Virus record (IMG/VR): IMGVR_UViG_3300036856_000037
DNA from: a virus
Taxonomy: Duplodnaviria > Heunggongvirae > Uroviricota > Caudoviricetes
DNA length: 52,665 bases
Direction: 5' to 3' (one strand)
Shown: positions 23,999 to 31,209 of the stretch, piece after piece
Layout of the letters: every line of letters starts with the position of its first letter
Numbering within the stretch: the first letter of the stretch is position 1
Notes under the pieces: model-generated
What the model was told of the DNA's origin: nothing
Databases searched by the model: none
Seen by the model: the letters and a program-made list of their open reading frames with translations, nothing else
Position numbers and translations under genes: made by a program

Positions 23999-24001
23999 GA
24001 T

Positions 24002-24520
24002 ATGAGCGATGCGACCTTTGGCAGCACCTTCAACGGCGGCCAGGGCATTCACGAATTGACCGGTGAGCCCTATCTGGCGGTCACCATTCACTCCTCCATC
24101 ATCGGTTGGCGCCACCGCAAAGGCGTGATGCAGAAAATCCTGTGGAAAAAGCACGTTGACGCCCGCGGGCGCACGTCCTACCGCGCGCGCAAGTGGCCCA
24201 ACATGCCCTTCACCCTGCTGACCCGGGCGCGGTATGCCCTGCGTCCCCAGCTGTGTGCCGTGGGCTTTCACCACCGCGCCGACATCACCGAGGTGGACGG
24301 CAGTGTGTGGCGCGCGGGCTGCCTGTCGTGCGACACGCTGGTCAGGCCACATAAGAAGCTTCCGGCCAACCCCAGCAGGGTGGCAGAACTACAGGCGCTC
24401 AATGCCAAGGCGGACAAGATGAGCGCCGCCATCGACGCCTACCTGGCGGGGGAGGGTCCGTGTCCGCACTGCGCCTACCCCGATGGGAAACATGAGCCCG
24501 GCTGCTGGGAGGCGGAGTAG
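24002..24520 (+). CDS. hypothetical protein
   Basis: 172 aa ORF; CLSC, CPHC. Confidence 0.65.
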   Translation: MSDATFGSTFNGGQGIHELTGEPYLAVTIHSSIIGWRHRKGVMQKILWKKHVDARGRTSYRARKWPNMPFTLLTRARYALRPQLCAVGFHHRADITEVDGSVWRAGCLSCDTLVRPHKKLPANPSRVAELQALNAKADKMSAAIDAYLAGEGPCPHCAYPDGKHEPGCWEAE

Positions 24521-25031
24521 CCCGCGTCTGCGCAGCACGCGCGACATACGTCAGCAACGTCGCCCTCGGCGTCACAGTTGCTGGAATCACCTCATCGTTG
24601 CGCCGTTGTGGCCGAAGCACGGTGTCAACCTCGGCACCATGTTGCGGACGTGTGATGCCGCGGGCGCGTGCTTGGCCGTCCCGAAACTCCCCTGGGTCAA
24701 GGAAGCATTGGCCAAGGGAAATACATTGCGCACTCCGTCGTGTGTGCACTGGATCTATGCCGATGTAGGCGACTGGCTGAAGCGTCAGCGGGAGGGAGGC
24801 TCTCTGGTGGTGGGGGTGGAATTGACGGAGGAGTCAGTGCGACTGGCCGACCTGCCGATGGCACGTCAGCGGACAGTCATCGTGCTGGGGAATGAGCGCA
24901 CCGGCATCCCCCAAGAAGGCCTGGAGCACCTGGACGTAGCGGTGGAGATTCCGATGATTGGCAGCGGTGACAGCCTTAATGTCGTCATCGCCGGGTCTCT
25001 GGTCCTCTACAAGCTAGCGGGCCTGGTCTAG
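24483..25031 (+). CDS. SpoU/TrmH-family (SPOUT) RNA 2'-O-methyltransferase
   Basis: NLGTMLRTCDA, VLGNERTGI, VEIPMIGSGDSLNV motifs; start uncertain. Confidence 0.9.
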   Translation: MGNMSPAAGRRSSPRLRSTRDIRQQRRPRRHSCWNHLIVAPLWPKHGVNLGTMLRTCDAAGACLAVPKLPWVKEALAKGNTLRTPSCVHWIYADVGDWLKRQREGGSLVVGVELTEESVRLADLPMARQRTVIVLGNERTGIPQEGLEHLDVAVEIPMIGSGDSLNVVIAGSLVLYKLAGLV

Positions 25032-25249
25032 GAGACCTTGCCGCCGACCAGGCCCAGGATGGCACCCAGGGTGGATTTGACGACGAAGTCCAGCACGTCG
25101 AAGACCTTCTGCGCATTGGCCGTGGGTGAATCGAGATACACACCCAGCGCGGCGTAGGTGATGAGCGACAGGATGAAGATGGCGATGACCGCCAGCAGCG
25201 TCACCTTGTAATACGGCCCGACGACGGCGCCCGAGGTCGTCGCCGTCAT
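25028..25249 (-). CDS. small membrane protein (2 TM)
   Basis: hydrophobic; ATGA coupling. Confidence 0.6.
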   Translation of the reverse strand: MTATTSGAVVGPYYKVTLLAVIAIFILSLITYAALGVYLDSPTANAQKVFDVLDFVVKSTLGAILGLVGGKVS

Positions 25250-25422
25250 AAGGGCTTCTGCAGATGCTGCACCGTGACGTTGCCGGTGTCCTGGTCTTTG
25301 AGGATGACCGAGGTTGTGCGAGGGGCCTTGAAGCTGGTACGGATGAGCGCGCGGGTGGTGGGGAACAGCAGTGGCACTAGGGCGACAAGCAATGCGATGA
25401 TCGCGCCCACGATGTAGTCCAT
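25246..25422 (-). CDS. small membrane-anchored protein (58 aa)
   Basis: N-terminal TM; coupled. Confidence 0.55.
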   Translation of the reverse strand: MDYIVGAIIALLVALVPLLFPTTRALIRTSFKAPRTTSVILKDQDTGNVTVQHLQKPL

Positions 25423-25467
25423 GTGTCAAACTGTAACGCTTCACCCCTGGTGAGGGATACTTACGGC

Positions 25468-25662
25468 ATGTCACGGCCTGCTGAACTTCTGATTTTCATC
25501 CTGCTTCTAGTGATTGTCGCGCTGCTCAGTTACGGTGTGTGGATCACCTACAGTGTTCTCACCAAAGTGACGTGGCTCATCGACGCTGTCATCCCGCTGA
25601 TGAACAAGACGAGCCAGCCCACGCCGACGACGCCAACAAGGGCGCCAAAAATCGAGGGGTGA
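25468..25662 (+). CDS. small membrane protein
   Basis: N-terminal TM. Confidence 0.6.
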   Translation: MSRPAELLIFILLLVIVALLSYGVWITYSVLTKVTWLIDAVIPLMNKTSQPTPTTPTRAPKIEG

Positions 25663-25664
25663 AT

Positions 25665-25841
25665 GTGGAGCAGATTGAGTCCGACACGCCGCAATCAGTG
25701 GTGACATGGACGGATGGCCGTCGTCGCTTCGTGGAGTTCTTGACGGCCAATGCGGGCCTGCTGGACTATGTCCGTGAGGGTGTGATGACGGCAGTCGAGG
25801 TGCGCCGGCTTCTCGGACTTCCGGTCAGGGACGCCGCATGA
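25665..25841 (+). CDS. hypothetical protein
   Basis: GAGG RBS; ATGA overlap downstream. Confidence 0.55.
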   Translation: MEQIESDTPQSVVTWTDGRRRFVEFLTANAGLLDYVREGVMTAVEVRRLLGLPVRDAA

Positions 25842-26140
25842 TCGGTTATGACATCGACGGCGTGCTGACCCGTGCCGACCAGTTCTGGGATCTACGGGGC
25901 GCGGTGGTGATCTCTGGTCGCACCTTTGCTGAATACGACGACACCGCCAAACGCGCCGCCCAAATGTGCCCGGTGTACATCCGCGGCGCCGGTACGTTCG
26001 GCGACCAGAAACACGCGGGAGAGTTCAAAGCCGAGACGATCAACCGGCTCGGTGTCACCCGCTTCTATGAGGACGACCCGGTGCAGATCGCCATCATCCG
26101 CGCATGTTGTCCCGACTGTGAAGTAGTCCAGGTGAAATGA
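25838..26140 (+). CDS. HAD-superfamily phosphatase (PNKP-phosphatase-like)
   Basis: DIDGVL motif I, ISGR motif II, K, EDD motif IV. Confidence 0.8.
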   Translation: MIGYDIDGVLTRADQFWDLRGAVVISGRTFAEYDDTAKRAAQMCPVYIRGAGTFGDQKHAGEFKAETINRLGVTRFYEDDPVQIAIIRACCPDCEVVQVK

Positions 26141-26306
26141 AGGGACGAGCGCATGAGTTCGAGTGACCCCGTCCCGTGTGTGGTGGGGGATGCGGCCTTC
26201 GCTGGCATGGTCCACCAGGCCAGCCTCTGTGGCGCCACATCATCCATCGGCAACGACGAGGTCCTTGCCGCCTACGCCGCCATCCCAGGCTATGAGGTAT
26301 CGCTCA

Positions 26307-26591
26307 ATGGAGGATGAGGTGGCCATCTCCTGCCTGGCCCAGGACATGGCAGAGGCACTGGGGGAGCGGTACGACGCCGTGACCATGCCGGGTTGGAAGC
26401 AGGCGGCGCAGAACCTTTTGTCGTTCGGCTGGCGGCACCAGGCGTGGCTGGATGAGCGCATGGACCCGATTGCCAAAGACTGGTTCGCCTTCGGGCGCCT
26501 TGAACTACGACGTGACGGCACGCTGCGCTACCTGGGTAGGGAGCGGACGTACTCCGTCGCCTTTGGTTCAGCTACCCGGGCCAACTGGTAG
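26307..26591 (+). CDS. hypothetical protein
   Basis: ORF; start uncertain. Confidence 0.5.
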   Translation: MEDEVAISCLAQDMAEALGERYDAVTMPGWKQAAQNLLSFGWRHQAWLDERMDPIAKDWFAFGRLELRRDGTLRYLGRERTYSVAFGSATRANW

Positions 26592-26834
26592 CTAGGTGAC
26601 GGTGATGGCCGACGACGTGGCGGTGATGCTGGCCTTCTTTTCCGCGCCCGTGCCCACTACGTCGACGGTCTGAATCCAGACTCGCAACTGCTGCAGTGTG
26701 CAGGGGACCGTCAAAGTTGGCGCGGTGGAGGGGATGTGTGCACTCATGTTCTCTATGATGCAATACGGCTGGCAAAAAACCCCTACCGAGGGTGGCGTGG
26801 CGCTTGCTAGTATTGGCAAATCAGCGAAGCGTAG

Positions 26835-26906
26835 GCATTCGTAGCCAAGTGGTATGGCGTCACCTTGCCAAGGTGGAGATCGCGGGTTCGACCCCCGCCG
26901 GATGCT
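26835..26906 (+). tRNA. tRNA-Gly(GCC)
   Basis: TCACC-TTGCCAA-GGTGG. Confidence 0.92.
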
Positions 26907-26942
26907 CAAGTCGGCCCGGAGACTTAAAACTCCCGGGAGCAT

Positions 26943-27017
26943 GGTCCTATGGAGCAGTTTGGAGTGCTCGCCACCCTGTCACGGTGGAGGTCACGGGTTC
27001 AAGTCCCGTTAGGATCG
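26943..27017 (+). tRNA. tRNA-Asp(GTC)
   Basis: CCACC-CTGTCAC-GGTGG; G73. Confidence 0.92.
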
Positions 27018-27018
27018 C

Positions 27019-27069
27019 ATGTTGATTCAGGGCATACGACGAATTAGGTCGCGGCGACAAAGCCGCTGA
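27019..27069 (+). CDS. leader peptide MLIQGIRRIRSRRQSR of the Ile/Arg/Gln tRNA cluster
   Basis: 11 of 15 non-start codons are Ile, Arg or Gln. Confidence 0.65.
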   Translation: MLIQGIRRIRSRRQSR

Positions 27070-27082
27070 CCTGCGTTTTCAT

Positions 27083-27156
27083 GCCCGTCTAGCTCATTTG
27101 GTTAGAGCGTCGAACTGATAATTCGAAGGCACCAGGTTCAAATCCTGGGTCGGGCA
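27083..27156 (+). tRNA. tRNA-Ile(GAT)
   Basis: TCGAA-CTGATAA-TTCGA. Confidence 0.92.
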
Positions 27157-27167
27157 CGCATGACCAA

Positions 27168-27241
27168 GCCTCTGTAGCTCAGCGGAGAAGAGCGTCCGAC
27201 TACGGATCGGAAGGCCGCGGGTTCGAATCCTGCTAGGGGCA
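27168..27241 (+). tRNA. tRNA-Arg(ACG)
   Basis: TCCGA-CTACGGA-TCGGA. Confidence 0.92.
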
Positions 27242-27284
27242 CGTGACTGGTAAGCGAATAGCGAGCGCGCACGACTACTTGCGC

Positions 27285-27357
27285 GCTCCTGGGGCTCACT
27301 GGTACGGGCGACGTTCTTATAAAACGGAGATAGCGGGTTCAATCCCCGCCAGGAGTA
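27285..27357 (+). tRNA. tRNA-Ile(TAT)
   Basis: ACGTT-CTTATAA-AACGG; A73. Confidence 0.85.
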
Positions 27358-27362
27358 CAGAG

Positions 27363-27503
27363 ATGAAGAAGACGATGCTGGTGCACCGCCATTGCGGTGC
27401 TCGCGTCATGGGTGGGAGCTACGGCACCTATTGCCCACGATGCCGTAAGTGGCTGGTCGGCCCCGCGGTCGACCAGGTTCGAAGGCGACGGTCTAGGACA
27501 TGA
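27363..27503 (+). CDS. small Zn-ribbon protein, in frame with an upstream GTG at 27243
   Basis: HRHCG...YCPRC. Confidence 0.55.
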   Translation: MKKTMLVHRHCGARVMGGSYGTYCPRCRKWLVGPAVDQVRRRRSRT

Positions 27504-27529
27504 GCGACAACCTGATGTCGCTATGCCTG

Positions 27530-27603
27530 GCCGTCGTAGCTGAAAAGGAACAGCGCCAGACTTCTAATCTGGGAAGATGCGGGTTCGAGTCCTGTCGGCG
27601 GCA
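27530..27603 (+). tRNA. tRNA-Arg(TCT)
   Basis: CCAGA-CTTCTAA-TCTGG. Confidence 0.9.
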
Positions 27604-27607
27604 CTGA

Positions 27608-27680
27608 TGAGGTGTGGGGTAAACGGCAGCCCGCCGGATTTTGGTTCCGGACAATGAAGGTTCGAGTCCTTCCGCCTCAG
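27608..27680 (+). tRNA. tRNA-Gln(TTG)
   Basis: CCGGA-TTTTGGT-TCCGG; U1:A72, G73. Confidence 0.9.
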
Positions 27681-27737
27681 CGAGGTGGCGGTCAATGCTG
27701 TGCGCGGACGCAATGTCCAGTCCGGCCGTCGCCCCAT

Positions 27738-27807
27738 GCCTTCGCCGGCGGACCCGGCGTCGAGCTTCCGAAGCTCGGTGGCGGCAGTTCAACTCTGCCC
27801 GGGGGCA
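27738..27807 (+). tRNA. tRNA-Arg(CCG), short D arm
   Basis: CGAGC-TTCCGAA-GCTCG. Confidence 0.78.
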
Positions 27808-27835
27808 CGGACTGTATCGCTGCGATACGCAATGT

Positions 27836-27907
27836 GCCGCCGTGGCTGAACGGAAAAGCACCCGCTTCCTAAGCGGACTTACGTGGGTTCGAATCCCTCC
27901 GGTGGCG
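27836..27907 (+). tRNA. tRNA-Arg(CCT)
   Basis: CCCGC-TTCCTAA-GCGGA. Confidence 0.88.
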
Positions 27908-27912
27908 CTGTC

Positions 27913-27938
27913 GAGGTGCCAGCGCGCTGGCGTATAAT
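27913..27938 (+). promoter_or_regulatory. dyad promoter, copy 3
   Basis: GAGGTGCCAG-CGCGC-TGGCG-TATAAT. Confidence 0.75.
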
Positions 27939-27955
27939 TACCTTGGGTAGGTGGC

Positions 27956-29203
27956 ATGGGGCCGCCGGAGAAAGGTAGTTGGTGGGTGACCGCACCGGAC
28001 TTGCAAGAACAGCTGGAGTACCTAATCCGTACCGGCTCGCCGTACGACTTCGCGCCGGATATCGGGTCCAACATCCTGGACCAGGTCGACGCCTTCCTGG
28101 CGCGCTACGTCGCCTATCCAGATGAGGGTGCGCGGCGGGCACACACGCTGTGGATTGCGCACTGCTGGTTCATGGACGTGTGGCACACGACGCCACGGTT
28201 GCTCTTTGTGTCACCGGAGCCCGGCAGTGGCAAGACGCGCGCACTGACCGTCACTGAGCAACTGGTCCCCCACCCTGACTTCGTCGGTGACCTGACGCCA
28301 GCGGCGCTGTACCACGCGGTGGATGAGACGATGAAAATGGACGGCGCGCGACCCACCGTCCTCTACGACGAGCTGGACACGGTGTTCGGCCCAGAGGCGG
28401 CGGGACGCAACGCGCAGATGCGGCGCCTTATCGACATCGGCCACGCTAAGAATGGCACCGTCAGTCGTTACATCGGCGCAGGCAAGGGCAAGCGCCACAT
28501 CGTCAAGTTTCCGGTGTATGCCGCCATGGCGCTCGCCGGCAAGATGCACGTTGAGGAAGTACCCGCCACCATCAGGTCGCGCAGTGTGGTGGTGCGCATG
28601 CAACGACGCGCGCCGGGTGAGGAGATTGAGCGTTGGCAACGACGCACCGCCCCGGCGGACGCCGCGCCGTTGCGGGACCTCCTGCAATTCTGGGCCGAGT
28701 TTGTCCATGAGCACGCGCACGAGTTTTCCCCAGAACTACCGGACGAGATTGGTGACCGGGACGCCGACGTCTGGGAGCCGCTACTGGCGGTGGCGGACCT
28801 GGCGGGTGGTCACTGGCCCAGGACGGCCCGTGTAGCTGCTGTAGCTGCTGTAGCTGCTGCTGGTGTTAACACCACACCCAGCGCAGGCGTCCAGCTTCTT
28901 TGGGACATCAAAGCCGTTTTCGATGAGCTCGCCGTGGACGTGATCTTTACGGCCAAGCTGCTCATGATGCTGCAGACCCCAGAAGAATCGCCATGGCGTC
29001 GACTTGACGCTATGAAAATGGCCCGCATCTTGCACAGCTACAGGATTGAGACCAATCGAAACCAGCGCATTGGAGAGGTTGTCCGTAGGGGCTACCGCAG
29101 GGAGTACTTCACGGACGCATGGCTGCGTTACCCACCACCCGCGCCAGCTACACCAGCTACACCAGCTACACCAGCTACAGATTTGGATGAGTACTTTGAT
29201 TGA
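27956..29203 (+). CDS. DUF3631-family P-loop primase/helicase-associated replication protein
   Basis: LWIAH, SPEPGSGKT (Walker A), VLYDELD (Walker B), DRDADVWEPLLAVADLAGGHWP, RGYRR.F..AW.RY. Confidence 0.85.
   Translation: MGPPEKGSWWVTAPDLQEQLEYLIRTGSPYDFAPDIGSNILDQVDAFLARYVAYPDEGARRAHTLWIAHCWFMDVWHTTPRLLFVSPEPGSGKTRALTVTEQLVPHPDFVGDLTPAALYHAVDETMKMDGARPTVLYDELDTVFGPEAAGRNAQMRRLIDIGHAKNGTVSRYIGAGKGKRHIVKFPVYAAMALAGKMHVEEVPATIRSRSVVVRMQRRAPGEEIERWQRRTAPADAAPLRDLLQFWAEFVHEHAHEFSPELPDEIGDRDADVWEPLLAVADLAGGHWPRTARVAAVAAVAAAGVNTTPSAGVQLLWDIKAVFDELAVDVIFTAKLLMMLQTPEESPWRRLDAMKMARILHSYRIETNRNQRIGEVVRRGYRREYFTDAWLRYPPPAPATPATPATPATDLDEYFD
28831..28857 (+). repeat. 3 x 9-bp tandem repeat TGTAGCTGC
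   Basis: direct reading. Confidence 0.9.
29144..29179 (+). repeat. 4 x 9-bp tandem repeat CCAGCTACA (near reverse complement of the 28831 array)
   Basis: direct reading; 8/9 match to the reverse complement. Confidence 0.9.
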
Positions 29204-29885
29204 CGGTTTGCCTATTGAGGTTGAAACTGGCTTGCTCGGAATCTCTGGTGTCTACGTCTACACGATGCCACTGTGCCTCGCCTGTCCTATGAATGAGCAG
29301 GGCGACATCTTACTCAAGGTCGGTCACTCCGAAGTCTGCTGTTGGACTCGGTTCAGGAATCAACGGTGTGTGACAGAGGCTCCCCAAGCGATGGTGCTGC
29401 AGCGCATTTACAACACGCCCCAAGGACTTACTGCGCGCAAGCTAGAGGAAAAGTTTCACAACTTGCTCGACGCGGCGTTTGAACGCAGCGACGGTGGCAG
29501 AGAGTGGTGGATAACCAATCTTGAGTTCCTCGACACCACTGCGGACGCACTCGGTGCACCTGTCAAGTTCACTGTCGAGATGGCCCTGGGTACGCTTCTG
29601 CGGCCTACGCCAAGCCGAGGGATTCAGCTCCTGTGGGATATCAAGTCCATCTTCGACGTAAGAGATGTCGAGGTTATTTTCACGAAGGACCTACTAGCTG
29701 ACCTAGAAGTAGGCCGACTACGAACTACGCCCGCATTGGTGGGTCGTACGCTACGCAGCTACGGCATCAGGCCGGTAATGCTCCGCATCGGCCGGGGTGT
29801 TGCTAGGGGTTACCGCCGCGAGCACTTTATCCCTGCATGGTCTCAATATCCTCCCGTTTATAGCGCAGGCGCCGATGAAGCATAG
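29187..29885 (+). CDS. T5orf172/GIY-YIG-like nuclease fused to a DUF3631-type C-terminal domain
   Basis: GVYVYT..LKVGHS..RF..LEEKFH..GGREWW, then GIQLLWDIKSIFD...RGYRREHF..AW..YP. Confidence 0.7.
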   Translation: MSTLIDGLPIEVETGLLGISGVYVYTMPLCLACPMNEQGDILLKVGHSEVCCWTRFRNQRCVTEAPQAMVLQRIYNTPQGLTARKLEEKFHNLLDAAFERSDGGREWWITNLEFLDTTADALGAPVKFTVEMALGTLLRPTPSRGIQLLWDIKSIFDVRDVEVIFTKDLLADLEVGRLRTTPALVGRTLRSYGIRPVMLRIGRGVARGYRREHFIPAWSQYPPVYSAGADEA

Positions 29886-30357
29886 GGGAGATTTCGGCAG
29901 TCCCGACGTGGACTTCGCAGTCGGCATCCACGCACTGCGCACCTTCGGGCTTTATGAGGGCAAGCTGGGGTCCGTCGTCCAAGGTGTGGGCCACTGGGAG
30001 AACGGAGAATGTGTCGCGCGGTGTCTGGTCAGCTCCGAGCACGCGCCGCCCCATGTGGGGTGCAATTGCGGCATCTACGGTTTCTTTTCCGTCGAGGAAT
30101 TGTTTGAGCAGTACGTCGAATTCGCCTGCCACGTCGTCGGGGTCATCGCAGTCAAGGGGCTGACCACCATTGGCACCAAGGGACTCAAGACGGCTGCGGC
30201 GCGCGTGGTGGCCTACTGGTGCAGTGACGATGAGGCGCAGCACTGCCGGGATAGCTTGCCTGGTGCGCGCCGGTTTTTTGACCTCAAGGTCATGGCGCGC
30301 ATGTATGGACTGAATGGACAACCACCGCTACAGGAAGAAGGGGAAGAAGATGGGTGA
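29875..30357 (+). CDS. conserved actinophage hypothetical protein
   Basis: H.PP..GCNCGIYG motif. Confidence 0.7.
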   Translation: MKHRGDFGSPDVDFAVGIHALRTFGLYEGKLGSVVQGVGHWENGECVARCLVSSEHAPPHVGCNCGIYGFFSVEELFEQYVEFACHVVGVIAVKGLTTIGTKGLKTAAARVVAYWCSDDEAQHCRDSLPGARRFFDLKVMARMYGLNGQPPLQEEGEEDG

Positions 30358-30484
30358 CATAGGAAAACCACGCCGCCACCAGATAGAGGTTGAGCCGGTG
30401 GAGCCGTTTGGTGAACCGGCGCGCCAACCCGTACGCGAGGAGCCGGCGAAGCAAGAGCCAGCGAAGGAACCAGCACACACCTAG
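30350..30484 (+). CDS. small Pro/Glu-rich peptide (MGDIGKPRRHQIEVEP..., 44 aa)
   Basis: purine-rich RBS; overlaps the previous stop. Confidence 0.55.
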   Translation: MGDIGKPRRHQIEVEPVEPFGEPARQPVREEPAKQEPAKEPAHT

Positions 30485-30537
30485 CCACGCGGCGCAAAAG
30501 CGGGGCCTAGTGCCCTGTCGGGCATTACCCTGGCCCT

Positions 30538-30819
30538 ATGACCTCCTATAACAACGGGCTCGTCCAGGTGGTCAGCGGCTCACCGACGCTGATCGTCACG
30601 GTGGCGTCGGAGAACGGTGGGGTGCTTATCCAGAACGTCGGCAACGCGCTGGTGTTCCTCGGTGGACCCACCGTGACCTCCAGCGGCGCCAACCAGGGCG
30701 TCAGCGTCGCCGCGGGCGCCACCCTCCTGGTCCCCAGCGTCGGCGGACAGACCAACGCGCTCTACGGCGTCACCGCCGCGACAGCACAAAACGTGGCGTT
30801 TCTGATGCCCCAGCGTTGA
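30538..30819 (+). CDS. small beta-strand protein (virion accessory candidate)
   Basis: G/V/T/N-rich, IQNVG..VFLGG. Confidence 0.65.
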   Translation: MTSYNNGLVQVVSGSPTLIVTVASENGGVLIQNVGNALVFLGGPTVTSSGANQGVSVAAGATLLVPSVGGQTNALYGVTAATAQNVAFLMPQR

Positions 30820-30840
30820 TGCGCGGTTTACCCTGGTGCT

Positions 30841-31209
30841 ATGTCGATGCCCGCTGTGCCAGCTCCACCGGCATTCGATTCCACCGGGACATTCCTGACA
30901 GGCATCGCCAACCAGCAGGATGAAGACGGGTTTTTCACCCTCCCACGTACCATCGCGTCGGGGTCCATCATCGGCGTTGAGGACTGCCCGCCGGTGTATG
31001 ACTTGGTCGGCAATCAGTACTCACAGGTCAACGTCATCGTGTCGGGCCAGAGCCTGGGGTTCGTCAACGCAGAGTATGAGCTTATCCTGGCGCAGTGGCA
31101 GACGGTGGCGGCGGCATTCATCTCCACTCCCACAGGCACCCCGGCAGACGTCACCGGCCTCTACCGCGCGGTGCAGTCACTCGAGGCGCTCGAGCCTCCA
31201 CAGGAATGA
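30841..31209 (+). CDS. hypothetical protein (virion accessory candidate)
   Basis: 122 aa ORF in operon. Confidence 0.6.
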   Translation: MSMPAVPAPPAFDSTGTFLTGIANQQDEDGFFTLPRTIASGSIIGVEDCPPVYDLVGNQYSQVNVIVSGQSLGFVNAEYELILAQWQTVAAAFISTPTGTPADVTGLYRAVQSLEALEPPQE

